Shown here one piece after another: positions 20,748-29,993 of a DNA stretch of 64,000 nucleotides (position 1 is the stretch's first letter; every line of letters starts with the position of its first letter). Source of the DNA: an uncultured Candidatus Rokubacteria bacterium (GTDB taxonomy: Bacteria > Methylomirabilota > Methylomirabilia > Rokubacteriales > CSP1-6); the NCBI GenBank assembly GCA_963762145.1, contig CAVXJS010000011.1, forward strand, positions 352,001 through 416,000, written 5' to 3'. The position numbers and the translations under genes were made by a program. The notes beneath the pieces were generated by a model. The model did not search any database. It was not told where the DNA came from and saw nothing but the letters and a program-made list of their open reading frames with translations.

Positions 20748-20869
20748 GGAAACCTCGCGTCGAGACTAGCAAAGCCCGCGCGTTCATTGCAAGGCGTGCC
20801 CCTCCCCGGGGGGGCCGGGCCCGCGGCTTCTTACTTGGTCCGGGTTGCTTCGCCCGGTATGCTTGACGC

Positions 20870-21580
20870 ATGACTCTTACCGTCGCCAGCTACAACATTC
20901 ACAAGTGTGCAGGGCTCGACCGCCGCGTGGACCTCGACCGCATCGCCCAGGTGCTGGAGGAGATCGACGCCGATCTGGTGGGTGTCCAGGAAGTGTTCCA
21001 GCCTCAGGCCGTGAGCCTGGCCGAGCGCCTCGGCATGCAGGTCGCGATGAGCCCCACGCGGGAGCGGGACGGCCTGCCATACGGGAACGCGGTCCTCACC
21101 CGCCTGGCCATCCGCGGCAGCCGCACCTTCGACCTCTCGCGCCCCTCCCGCGAGCCACGGGGCGGCATCCGTCTGGATCTCGAGATGCCCGGCTCCGAGC
21201 GGGGCGAGGGACTCCTGCACGTCTTCAACGTCCACTTCGGCCTCAAGATCCGCGAGCGGGCCGAGCAGGTCCGCATGCTCGTCCGGGAGCACATCCTGCA
21301 CGACGAGCTGACCGGTCCGCGGATCGTCGTAGGCGATCTGAACGAGTGGTTTCCGGGCGCGGTCGGGCGCACCCTGCGCCGCGAGCTCAGCGGGCCGCGC
21401 ATCCGGCGCACGCATCCGGCGCCGCTGCCGATCTTCCCGCTCGACCGTATCTACTGGGACCGCGGTCTGGGCGCCGACGGCTTTCACGTGCACCGCAGCC
21501 GCCTGGCTCGCGTGGCGTCGGATCACCTGCCGGTGGTCGCGCGCCTGCGGCTCATCGTCGCGCACGCCCGCCCGGCATAG
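20870..21580 (+). CDS. Endonuclease/exonuclease/phosphatase family protein
   Basis: SYNIH, VQEV, GDLNEW, LDRIY, ASDHLP. Confidence 0.9.
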   Translation: MTLTVASYNIHKCAGLDRRVDLDRIAQVLEEIDADLVGVQEVFQPQAVSLAERLGMQVAMSPTRERDGLPYGNAVLTRLAIRGSRTFDLSRPSREPRGGIRLDLEMPGSERGEGLLHVFNVHFGLKIRERAEQVRMLVREHILHDELTGPRIVVGDLNEWFPGAVGRTLRRELSGPRIRRTHPAPLPIFPLDRIYWDRGLGADGFHVHRSRLARVASDHLPVVARLRLIVAHARPA

Positions 21581-21637
21581 CGACGGCCAGGGGATAACGA
21601 CGGCCAAGGGGTAACGACGGCCAAGAGGTAACGACGG
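21578..21637 (+). repeat. 17-bp tandem repeat, about 3.5 copies
   Basis: TAACGACGGCCAAGGGG-like units at 21578, 21595, 21612 and 21629. Confidence 0.85.
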
Positions 21638-21773
21638 ATTGTTGCCTGAAGTGCCGCGCTTTGTATGCGAGCGGATCGGCGTAATCTTGCGCGGTCGAAG
21701 AATAGGACAAGGAGATCAATGACTTATCGAGTGCTGGCCGGTGGCAAGCGCCTTGCTCTCCTACAGGCCTGTC

Positions 21774-22232
21774 ATGGAAGAGCACGCGAGAGGGGAGCAC
21801 GTCGCGCTGATCGGGGCATCGCCCGCCACCTGGCAATCACCGGGGACGGAACCGGGGCCCACGCGCCTGCCTTCGCGGGCCCTGGTGGTGGACGATTCGC
21901 TGGTGGTCGCGGAGGTGGTGACCACGCTGCTGCGCCGTACGGGCTGGACGGTGGATGTGGCGACCAGCGTGGACGCGGCCCTCGAGCACGTGCGTGGCGT
22001 GCCCTACGACCTGGTGGTCTGCGACGTCTGCATGCCGGATGGCGGTGGGCCGGCCGTCTACTATGCGGCGACGACGCGGCGACCCGATCTGACCAACCGC
22101 TTCCTCTTCATCACCGGGAACGTGGACGACCCGGAGCCCTGGCGCTTCCTGGCCAAGATCCGCGCCCACGTGCTCGAGAAGCCCTTCACCGGCCGGGCCC
22201 TCCGGCACGCCCTGATCAAGGTCATCGCCTAG
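21774..22232 (+). CDS. Stand-alone receiver-domain response regulator; start uncertain
   Basis: LVVDD, VCDVCMPDGGG, FITG, LEKPF. Confidence 0.8.
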   Translation: MEEHARGEHVALIGASPATWQSPGTEPGPTRLPSRALVVDDSLVVAEVVTTLLRRTGWTVDVATSVDAALEHVRGVPYDLVVCDVCMPDGGGPAVYYAATTRRPDLTNRFLFITGNVDDPEPWRFLAKIRAHVLEKPFTGRALRHALIKVIA

Positions 22233-22804
22233 CCCGGCCGCTCGTCGCGGCCCTTCTCCTGCTGTCGGCCCTCGCCGGCCCCGTCTGGGCTGGTGCCCCC
22301 ACCGAGCAGCTCCGCGCCTACACCGACCGGGTCGTCAAGATCCTGGAAGACCCCGCGCTCGACCAGGCGCAGCGCAAGACCGAGATCCGCGCGGTGGCGC
22401 TGGAGGCCTTCGACGTGGGCGAGGCGGCGCGCCGCGCCCTCGGGACGCACTGGTCCAAGCGCACCCCCGCGGAGCGCGAGGAGTTCGCCGGGCTGTTCCA
22501 GGGGCTGCTCGAGCGCGGCTATCTCTCGCGCATCGGTGAGTACGGCGGCGAGCGCGTGCAGTACGTGGCCGAGCGGGTGGACGGCGAGTTCGCCGTCGTG
22601 CGGGCCCAGATCGTCACCGCCAAGGGGACCCAGATCCCGATCGAGGCCCGCGTGGTGCGAAAGGGCGAGCGCTGGCTCATGTACGACGTGCTGATCGAGA
22701 ACGTGAGCCTGGTGGCGAGCTACCGCTCGCAGTTCGACCGCGTGATCCGCACCTCCTCCTACGAGGACCTGGTGCGTCGTCTCAAGGAGCGCGGGCAGCC
22801 CTAG
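22229..22804 (+). CDS. MlaC/Ttg2D-like periplasmic lipid-binding protein; start codon not found
   Basis: Signal-like LVAALLLLSALAGPVWA, ARRALG.HW, W.MYDVLIENVSLV.SYRSQF. Confidence 0.8.
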   Translation, partial: LARPLVAALLLLSALAGPVWAGAPTEQLRAYTDRVVKILEDPALDQAQRKTEIRAVALEAFDVGEAARRALGTHWSKRTPAEREEFAGLFQGLLERGYLSRIGEYGGERVQYVAERVDGEFAVVRAQIVTAKGTQIPIEARVVRKGERWLMYDVLIENVSLVASYRSQFDRVIRTSSYEDLVRRLKERGQP

Positions 22805-23343
22805 CCGCGCTCCCCGCGCGGGCGCTCCGTGAGGAGCGGCACCAGGAGGCTCACCGCCAGCTCCGCCTTCAGCCGGAGCTCCTCGTCCCGGTTGCCCGCG
22901 ACCGGGTGCGCGATCACCGCGAAGGGGTAGTCGGCCCGGCCGTTCGCCTCGGCCATCGCCCGGGCACTCGCCTCGAACCGGTCGGTGATGACCGCGACGG
23001 CGGGGATGCCGAGCCTTTCGGCGGACATGGCGTCGTGCAGACTGCACGACGAGCAGCTCCCTCAGTCTCCGATCGCGGAGATGATCGCGTCGGCGCCGCT
23101 CATCTCGCCGAGCATCTCCGCGGGCGCGGGGCGGCTCGAGTCGGGCTTGCGCCGGCGAATGAACTCCCGGACGCCGTACCGCGACGCGAGGATCCGCTCG
23201 ACGTGGTTGTAGAAGCCGGCCGTCCCGATCTTGGCGTTGTCGAGGAGGCCGACGACGGTGCCCTCCAGCCCTCGGAGCGGCGCGGCCAGGGTCATGGCGT
23301 CGCCCTCGGCGTCGAGTCGCGGATCCAGCACTCTCAGGCCCAT
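22801..23343 (-). CDS. UGSC-family selenoprotein, copy A (180 aa with Sec)
   Basis: ORFs 23062..23343 and 22801..23028 are in frame across TGA 23062-23064, giving SAIGD-U-GSCSSCSLHDAMSAERLGIP. Confidence 0.9.
23031..23051 (-). promoter_or_regulatory. Candidate SECIS hairpin, copy A
   Basis: CGTCGTGCA-GTC-TGCACGACG, perfect 9-bp stem 10 nt after the UGA. Confidence 0.8.
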
Positions 23344-23355
23344 GGCTTCCCCTTA

Positions 23356-24390
23356 TCAGATCGTCTTGGTGACGGCGAGCGACTTGGCCCCGTACCACGG
23401 CGGCACCACGACTCCGAACCCCCCGGCCGGGCCTCCCGCGGCCACGATCAGCAGGTCGTCGGGCGACCGAAGCGCGGGGTACACCGTCTCCTCGTCCTTC
23501 CGCGCGGCCACCGCGCTCTTGCCGGCCGTGCGCCACTCGCCCCGGCGCACGCGGGCGGCCTCGAAGACGTAGGCACGGATGTCCGCCTTGCTCCACCCCG
23601 CGGCGCCGATCGTGTCGCGCTGCTGCTTGGCGATCACGAGGGCGTAGTTGCCGGCCCAGATGGAGTACGTGAGCATGTTGGCGCGGATGGCGGCCACGTA
23701 GGTATCGAGGATCTCCCGGGGATCGTGTGTCCACTCGTTCATGATCTGGTGCGGCGACTCCGCCGCGAGCACCGTCACCGCCGAGGCGCCCGCCGGCACG
23801 CCCCGCTCGGCCGCGAGCGACGGCCAGGGACTGTCCTCCTCGTCCTCGGCCACGCAGAAGGTGAACTTGCCGGGATGCCCGAGGGTCGACCGATCGAGCC
23901 GGCCGGGAACGCCGCCGAGCACGTTGATGATGAGCAGCCGGAGCGCCCGCCCGATCGTGGCGTTCGCCCGGCTGCCATTGGCGAGCACGTTGTGGGTCGC
24001 GTTCATCCCGATCGCGGTGCGGACCGGGCCGTTGACCACGACGAACGGGGCACTCCCGCCGGTACTCGCGGTGCACCCGTGTAGCCCGTACGCCGGCTCG
24101 CACACCGCCCGCACGAGCGCCATCACGACCGGCATGTACTCGGGGCGGCACCCGGCCATGACCGCGGCGATGGCCGTCTTCTCTGCGGTGATGCGCCGCC
24201 GCCGCACCGGCTCGACCCCGACGACGTCCCCCGCGCCGACGGTGGCCGCGTCGAGGAACCGCCGGACCAGCTCCTCGGTGGGCGGGACGATCGGCAACCC
24301 GTCCGTCCAGCCATTGCGCTGGAACAGCTCGTTCGCCTCGTGAGGGTCGGCCACGTCGTAGGCCGCCGACCGCAGCGCCTGCTCGGTCAT
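23356..24390 (-). CDS. UGSC-associated uncharacterised protein, copy A
   Basis: GWTDGLPIVPPT, AVMAGC, VNGP, RANATIGRALRL, DRSTLGHPGK, AEDE; paralogous to 41631..42674 and to the C-terminal part of 37024..38616. Confidence 0.9.
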   Translation of the reverse strand: MTEQALRSAAYDVADPHEANELFQRNGWTDGLPIVPPTEELVRRFLDAATVGAGDVVGVEPVRRRRITAEKTAIAAVMAGCRPEYMPVVMALVRAVCEPAYGLHGCTASTGGSAPFVVVNGPVRTAIGMNATHNVLANGSRANATIGRALRLLIINVLGGVPGRLDRSTLGHPGKFTFCVAEDEEDSPWPSLAAERGVPAGASAVTVLAAESPHQIMNEWTHDPREILDTYVAAIRANMLTYSIWAGNYALVIAKQQRDTIGAAGWSKADIRAYVFEAARVRRGEWRTAGKSAVAARKDEETVYPALRSPDDLLIVAAGGPAGGFGVVVPPWYGAKSLAVTKTI

Positions 24391-24453
24391 CGCGGAACGA
24401 ATGATGACACCGGGTGCCGCTCGACACCAGCCCGAAGCGCGACGTCGCCGAAG

Positions 24454-25047
24454 CTAGTTGGAGGAGCGGGGCGACGACGACTTGGTGACCCACACCACCC
24501 ACGGCAGCGTCGCCGAGTCCTCCCGGCGCACGTCCACGCGATACCCCTGGCTGCGCATGCTGGCGGCGAGGCGGTCGGCCGCGCCATCGTCCGCGAAGGC
24601 GGCCGCACGCACCCAGGGCGCGGTGTCGCCGGCGACGGACCGGACCGGCTTCGGCTCGAGGTCTTCGCGCCGGGGGGCGAGCGCGAGGGCGTCGTTCAGC
24701 CACGTCTCGCGGAGCTCCGGCGACGCCACGGCCCAGGGCTCGTCGCGGGAAAGCGGAGCCGGAGCCTGCGGGAGGAGATAGGGTAATCCGAGGAAGACGA
24801 TCACGAACGTGGGAACGAATGCCGCGAGGGCGGTCTGGATCCCACGCAGCACAGGCGTGCCGGACTCCGGGACCTCTTCCCCTTCTTCCCCTTCTTCTTC
24901 TTCCTTCTCGTCGTCACTCCCGAGGGGATATCGGGCTTCGAGCGAGAGGCGGACATCGTCGAGGAGATCCCGTTCCGGTGCGAGCCACTCCCCAAGCTCG
25001 GTGGGCTCAACGGGACCCGCGGTACTCGCGATCGCTTCACGTTCCAC
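24454..25047 (-). CDS. Single-TM protein with acidic N-region and C-terminal SPOR-like domain
   Basis: TM segment AAFVPTFVIVFLGLPYLL; WVRAAAFADDGAADRLAASMRSQGY..WVVWV. Confidence 0.6.
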   Translation of the reverse strand: MEREAIASTAGPVEPTELGEWLAPERDLLDDVRLSLEARYPLGSDDEKEEEEGEEGEEVPESGTPVLRGIQTALAAFVPTFVIVFLGLPYLLPQAPAPLSRDEPWAVASPELRETWLNDALALAPRREDLEPKPVRSVAGDTAPWVRAAAFADDGAADRLAASMRSQGYRVDVRREDSATLPWVVWVTKSSSPRSSN

Positions 25048-25187
25048 GGCTGACCACCCCTTGCCTGCCGGGCAGGTCTGACTCGCTGCTGCTCGGGCCG
25101 GGTAAACGTATCCACCCGGGGGCGGCTTGTCAAGCGATGTTTTCGGGAAAGTCGGCGTAAGTATGTGACTCTGTTCATGTATAGCTC

Positions 25188-25206
25188 TGTGGATGAATGT
25201 GGATAA
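25188..25206. promoter_or_regulatory. Tandem DnaA-box-like sites
   Basis: TGTGGATAA (perfect TTATCCACA complement) at 25198-25206 and TGTGGATGA at 25188-25196, in an AT-richer intergenic region. Confidence 0.55.
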
Positions 25207-25231
25207 CATCCCCCACGAGCTGCCGGATCGA

Positions 25232-25966
25232 TCAGAGCGCGACGTCGCCGAGGAAGATGCGCTTGACCTCGGCGGACTGGAGCAGCTCCGCCGACGATCC
25301 GGTCAGGATGGTCCGGCCCGATTCGAGGATGTAGCCGCGATCCGCGAGCCGGAGCGCGAGCTCCACGTTCTGCTCGATGAACACGATGCTGATGCCCTGC
25401 TCGTCGCGGATGCGCCGCATCAGGCCGCCGAGCTGCTGCACGACGAGGGGAGACAGCCCGAGGAACGGCTCGTCGATCATCAGCAGGCGCGGGCGCGCCA
25501 TGAGCCCGCGCGCGATTGCCACCATCTGCTGCTCGCCGCCCGACAGGGTGTGCGCGAGCTGGGTCCGGCGGGACGCGATGATCGGGAACAGGCGCTCGAC
25601 CTGCGCCAGGGACTCCGCCCGGTGGGGGCGCGCGACCGGATTGTGGGCGCCCAGCAGCACGTTGTCGAGCACGGTGAGGAACGGGAACAGGCGCCGGCGC
25701 TCCAGCACGTGCGCGAGGCCTTCCCCCGCGGTGCGGTGGGCGGGCAGTCCGTCGATGCGCTTGCCGAGGAGGGTGATGTGGCCCGCGCGGGGCGCGATCA
25801 GCCCCGAGATCGAGTTCATCAGGGTCGACTTGCCCGCCCCGTTCGGTCCCAGGACCGCGACGATCTCGCCCTCGCCCACGTGCATCGCGGCCTGCCACAG
25901 CACCTGGAAGTCGCCGTAGGCGACGTCGAGGCCGTCGACCGATAGCATGGGCGTCGCGGCGCTCAC
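25232..25966 (-). CDS. Branched-chain amino acid-type ABC ATPase (LivF-like)
   Basis: GPNGAGKST, LSGGEQQM, IDEPFLGL. Confidence 0.9.
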   Translation of the reverse strand: MSAATPMLSVDGLDVAYGDFQVLWQAAMHVGEGEIVAVLGPNGAGKSTLMNSISGLIAPRAGHITLLGKRIDGLPAHRTAGEGLAHVLERRRLFPFLTVLDNVLLGAHNPVARPHRAESLAQVERLFPIIASRRTQLAHTLSGGEQQMVAIARGLMARPRLLMIDEPFLGLSPLVVQQLGGLMRRIRDEQGISIVFIEQNVELALRLADRGYILESGRTILTGSSAELLQSAEVKRIFLGDVAL

Positions 25967-26685
25967 TGGGTGTACGCCTTGCCGAGGTAGGCGTCGACGA
26001 CCCGGGGGTCGCGCGTCACCACGTCGGGCGTGCCGTCGGCGATCTTCTCGCCGAGGTAGAGGGCGACGATGCGCTGGGCCACCGCGGTGATGACCCGCAT
26101 GTTGTGCTCGATGACCAGGAGGGTGAGGCCGCCGCGGTGCAGGTCGCGGACGAGCTGCACCAGGCCGGGAATGCTGCGCTGGTCCACGCCGCCGGTCACC
26201 TCGTCGAGCAGGAGGACCCGCGGCTCGGTGGCCAGCGCGCGGGCCAGCTCGAGGCGCTTGCGCTGGCCGGTGGACAGGGTGCGCGCGTAGGCGTCCGCCT
26301 TCTCGCCGAGCCCCACGCGGTCGAGCAGCTCGCGGGCGCGGGCGCGCGCGTGGCGCACGTCGTGGGTGCGGGTGAGCGCGCCGACCATCACGTTGTCCAC
26401 CACGGTGAGCCCCGCGAACGGCCGCAGCTTCTGGAACGTCCGCGCCACGCCGAGGCGGCATACCCGGTCCGGCGAGAGGCCGGTGAGCGGGCTGCCGTCG
26501 AGCCGCACCAGGCCCGCGTCGGGGCGATAGAATCCGCTGATGATCTCGAACAGGGTCGACTTGCCGGACCCGTTCGGCCCGATGATGCCGACCAGCTCCC
26601 CGGGCGCCACGTCGAAGGAGACGTCGCGATTCGCGGTGACCCCGCCGAAGCTCTTGGTGATCCCCGCGACGGAGAGCAGGCTCAC
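25963..26685 (-). CDS. Branched-chain amino acid-type ABC ATPase (LivG-like)
   Basis: GPNGSGKST, ARTFQ, LLDE, IEHNM, AYLG. Confidence 0.9.
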   Translation of the reverse strand: MSLLSVAGITKSFGGVTANRDVSFDVAPGELVGIIGPNGSGKSTLFEIISGFYRPDAGLVRLDGSPLTGLSPDRVCRLGVARTFQKLRPFAGLTVVDNVMVGALTRTHDVRHARARARELLDRVGLGEKADAYARTLSTGQRKRLELARALATEPRVLLLDEVTGGVDQRSIPGLVQLVRDLHRGGLTLLVIEHNMRVITAVAQRIVALYLGEKIADGTPDVVTRDPRVVDAYLGKAYTQ

Positions 26686-27656
26686 GCGGCCGGCCTCGGG
26701 GCGGGGCGCCGGCGCAGGAGCGCGCCGACCCAGGGGAGCAGGCCTTGCGGCGCGACGCGCATGGTCACGATGAGCGCGGTCCCGTAGATGATCAGGTAGA
26801 TCCCCACGAGCCCGGCCCCGATCCCGCCGAAGCGAGCGCGGAGCGATGTCTCCAGGAGCGTGATGAGGGCGGCGCCGAGGAACGGCCCGAGCGGGGTCCC
26901 GATGCCCCCGAGGATCGCGAACAGGCAGAAGCGGACCGACAGGTCCACCGAGAAGACGTACAGGGGGTCCACGAAGCCGACGTACTGGGTCCAGAGCGTG
27001 CCGCACACCGCGGTGAGCGCGGCGCTGACCGCGATGGCGGCGACCTTGAGGCGGCGGGCCGGCACGCCGAGCGAGAGGGCGGCGTCCTCGTCTTCGCGCA
27101 CCGCGGCGAGCTGATAGCCGCGACGCGAGCGCTCGAGGTACAGCTGGACCAGGTAGAGCACGGCGGCGAGGACGAGGATGAGGTACACCCACACCCGCTT
27201 GTCCACGATCCCCAGCGTCCAGAGGCCTGGGCGGAAGGGAACCGGGATCCCCTCCGATCCGGAGGTGAAGGCGCGCCAGCGGCTCGCCACGATGAGCAGC
27301 ACCTGGGAGAGGGCGATCGTCGCGAGCCCGAAGTAGGGGCCGCGGAGACGGTTGCTGAGAAAGCCGAGGATGACGCCGAACGCGGTGGCGAGCGCGGCGC
27401 CGACCAGCAGGCCGATCCAGGGCGAGACCCCCCAGCGCGTGCCGAGGATCGCCGCCGCGTAGGCGCCGAGCCCGAAGAAGGCGGCGTGGCCGAGCGAGAC
27501 CTGGCCGGCGTAGCCGCCGGCCACGTTCCAGGCCGCCCCGGTCGTGCCCCACAGCAGGATCAGGACCAGGCCGTCGAGGAGGAAGGCGTCGCGGACCACG
27601 AGCGGCCCGAGGGCGGCCGCGGCGAAGAACGCGAGGGCGGGCCACGGGCCTCTCAC
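26682..27656 (-). CDS. ABC permease (LivM-like)
   Basis: GYAGQVSLGHAAFFGLGAY, GPYFGLATIA, AVREDEDAA..LG. Confidence 0.9.
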   Translation of the reverse strand: MRGPWPALAFFAAAALGPLVVRDAFLLDGLVLILLWGTTGAAWNVAGGYAGQVSLGHAAFFGLGAYAAAILGTRWGVSPWIGLLVGAALATAFGVILGFLSNRLRGPYFGLATIALSQVLLIVASRWRAFTSGSEGIPVPFRPGLWTLGIVDKRVWVYLILVLAAVLYLVQLYLERSRRGYQLAAVREDEDAALSLGVPARRLKVAAIAVSAALTAVCGTLWTQYVGFVDPLYVFSVDLSVRFCLFAILGGIGTPLGPFLGAALITLLETSLRARFGGIGAGLVGIYLIIYGTALIVTMRVAPQGLLPWVGALLRRRPAPRPAA

Positions 27657-28534
27657 GTGCCGATCACCTCGGCCCCGCGCTGGCCGAACAGGCCGGCGGG
27701 ACGGATCACGAGGATCGCGATGAACAGGAGCAGGTAGAGCACTTCCTTCCACGCGGTCCCGATGACGTAGGACCCCACGACCTCGACGAAGGCCACGACG
27801 AGGCTGGCGATCAGCGCGCCGACCATGTCCCCGAGTCCGCCCAGCACCACCGCCACGTAGGCGATCAGCACGAACTGGAGCCCGATCGACGGGTAGACGG
27901 GATAGATCGGCGCGAGCACCACCCCGGCCACCCCGACGCAGGTGATGCCGACCGCCCACGTCATGGCGAAGACCCGGCCGGTGTCGATCCCCATGAGCGA
28001 CGCCGCGTGCCGGTCCTGCGCGGTCGCCCGCATGATCTTCCCGGCGTAGGACCACCGCATGAAGGCGAAGAGCCCGGCGGTGAAGAGGACCGCGACCACG
28101 AACGCGGCGATCTGGGCGAGGTTGATCGCCACGCCGCCGAAACGGACGACGACCGCGTAGTAGCTGGTCCGGACGAACTGGGCGTCCGCGCTCCAGAGCA
28201 CGAGGGCGAGCGCCTGGAGCGCGATCGACAGCCCGACGGTCGTGAAGATCTGCACGCTGTGCGAGGCGTGGATCACCGGCTGCATGACCAGGCGGTAGCT
28301 GAGCCATCCGCCCCCGAAGATGACGGGCAGCCCCAGCACGAGCGTCACGTAGGGATCGAGCCCGAGGAGGGTGAATGACCAGAAGGCGAGATACATGCCC
28401 AGCATGAGGAACTCGCCGTGCGCGAAGTTGACCACCCGCATCACCCCGAAGATGAGGGTGAGGCCCACCGCGATGAGCGCGTAGATGCCGCCCAGCAGGA
28501 TGGTGGAGGCGAGAAGCTGGGGAATGACGTGCAT
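27653..28534 (-). CDS. ABC permease (LivH-like)
   Basis: YALIAVGLTLIFGVMRVVNFAHGE, RATAQD..A.LMGI. Confidence 0.9.
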   Translation of the reverse strand: MHVIPQLLASTILLGGIYALIAVGLTLIFGVMRVVNFAHGEFLMLGMYLAFWSFTLLGLDPYVTLVLGLPVIFGGGWLSYRLVMQPVIHASHSVQIFTTVGLSIALQALALVLWSADAQFVRTSYYAVVVRFGGVAINLAQIAAFVVAVLFTAGLFAFMRWSYAGKIMRATAQDRHAASLMGIDTGRVFAMTWAVGITCVGVAGVVLAPIYPVYPSIGLQFVLIAYVAVVLGGLGDMVGALIASLVVAFVEVVGSYVIGTAWKEVLYLLLFIAILVIRPAGLFGQRGAEVIGT

Positions 28535-28618
28535 GGTCGGTTGATCAGCCGACAGCGCGACGCCCCGGGGTGGCGCCCCGGGGCGTACGAGCTGAGATCG
28601 GCGGATCGGCGGGGCGCG

Positions 28619-29893
28619 CTACTTGCGCTGGTCCCACGCGCCGAGCGGGATCCACTTGGCGCGGTTGGTGGTGAACTCCTCCGGCCACACCGTGACGAGC
28701 TGCCCGCCCTGCCACTGGAGCATGTAGTGCTGCACGCGGGCGTTGGTGTTCTGCCCGTTCTCGTCGAACTTCAAGCCCCAGCCGTTGATCGCCGAGCCGA
28801 CCGGCACGTCCATCGCCATGACCGCGGCGCGGAACTTGTCGGGGTCGTCGCTCTTGGCCGCGTCGAGCACGAGCTTGAGGACCCACAGGCCGCCTCCCGC
28901 GAGCTGGTGCCCGCCGGTGGGGATGTCCGAGCCGGTCTTGGTCTTCACCGCGTTCCGGAACGCGCGCTCGATCTGCTGGCCCTCGGGCCGCATCTTCTCG
29001 ATGATCAGGCCGGGGCCGGGCTCGAGGAGCGCGAAGGGACCGTTGCCGTCATTGCCGAAGGCCTTGCCGAAGTCGGGCGAGCCGTAGCCGGTGGCCCCCG
29101 CGTGGACGACCGCCTTGACCTCGAAGTTCTGCTCCCGCGCCTGCCGCCAGAAAAGGATGGCGTCCTGGTTGCGGGCGATGTGGTGCAGGACGTCGGGGTT
29201 GGCGTTCTTGAGCTTGAGGATCACCGGGGTGAGGTCGTTGGTGGTGAAGGTGTAGTACTCCAGCGCCACCTCCTGCATTCCGAACTCGGCCTTGGCCCGC
29301 TGCCGCGCGGACTCGGTCACGCTCTGGCCGTACGAGGAATCCTCCGACAGATACGCGACGCGCAGCTCGCTCGTCTTCTTGCCGAGACGGTGCGCGAGAT
29401 GCTTCGCGATGAACTCGACGTTGTACCAGCCGAACCCGGTACCGTCGATCTCGGTCCGGTACACGTTCTTGAGCCCGCGCTTGGTGAGCCGCGGATCGAC
29501 GCAGGACGTCTCCCAGTAGATGACGTTCTGCCGCGCGGCCGCCTCGCTGGCCGCGCCGCACAGGGTGGAGGAGAAGGTGCCGGTGATGATCTTGACCCCT
29601 TCCCGGGTGGCCAGCCGGGTGGCCTCGGAGGCGGCCACGGTCGGATCGACCGCGTCCCCGACCACGAAGACCAGCTTCTTGCCCATCACGCCGCCGCGCT
29701 CGTTGATGAGGTCGCGGACGATCTCGTAGCCCTCGAGGTGCCGCTTGCCCTCGGCCGCGAGGTTGCCGGTCAGCGGCTCCAGCACCCCGATCTTGTACTC
29801 GCCACTCAGCGGCTGCTGCGCCTGGAGGGCGCCGACGGCACCGACGGCCAGCGCGACGAGACCCACCACCACCGTCCACTTCATTCGCCTCAT
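28619..29893 (-). CDS. ABC substrate-binding protein (LivJ/LivK-type)
   Basis: Signal peptide, KIGVLEPLTG, INERGGV.GKK, EDSSYG. Confidence 0.9.
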   Translation of the reverse strand: MRRMKWTVVVGLVALAVGAVGALQAQQPLSGEYKIGVLEPLTGNLAAEGKRHLEGYEIVRDLINERGGVMGKKLVFVVGDAVDPTVAASEATRLATREGVKIITGTFSSTLCGAASEAAARQNVIYWETSCVDPRLTKRGLKNVYRTEIDGTGFGWYNVEFIAKHLAHRLGKKTSELRVAYLSEDSSYGQSVTESARQRAKAEFGMQEVALEYYTFTTNDLTPVILKLKNANPDVLHHIARNQDAILFWRQAREQNFEVKAVVHAGATGYGSPDFGKAFGNDGNGPFALLEPGPGLIIEKMRPEGQQIERAFRNAVKTKTGSDIPTGGHQLAGGGLWVLKLVLDAAKSDDPDKFRAAVMAMDVPVGSAINGWGLKFDENGQNTNARVQHYMLQWQGGQLVTVWPEEFTTNRAKWIPLGAWDQRK

Positions 29894-29993
29894 GCCTGCT
29901 CTCCTCTCGTTGGTCCGGGGCACTGCGATTGGGACGGGCGGCGGCAGCGACAACCCGACGCACCGGGCGGCCAGTGTACCGCAGGTGGCCGCC

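Noticed and set aside
21581-21637. M13 primer or vector contamination (AACGACGGCCA)
   Set aside because: The match is only about 11 nt, sits inside a degenerate tandem repeat and has no flanking lacZ sequence.
25100-25215. Replication origin
   Set aside because: Only 2-3 boxes, no dnaA/dnaN or similar origin-linked genes and no clear unwinding element.
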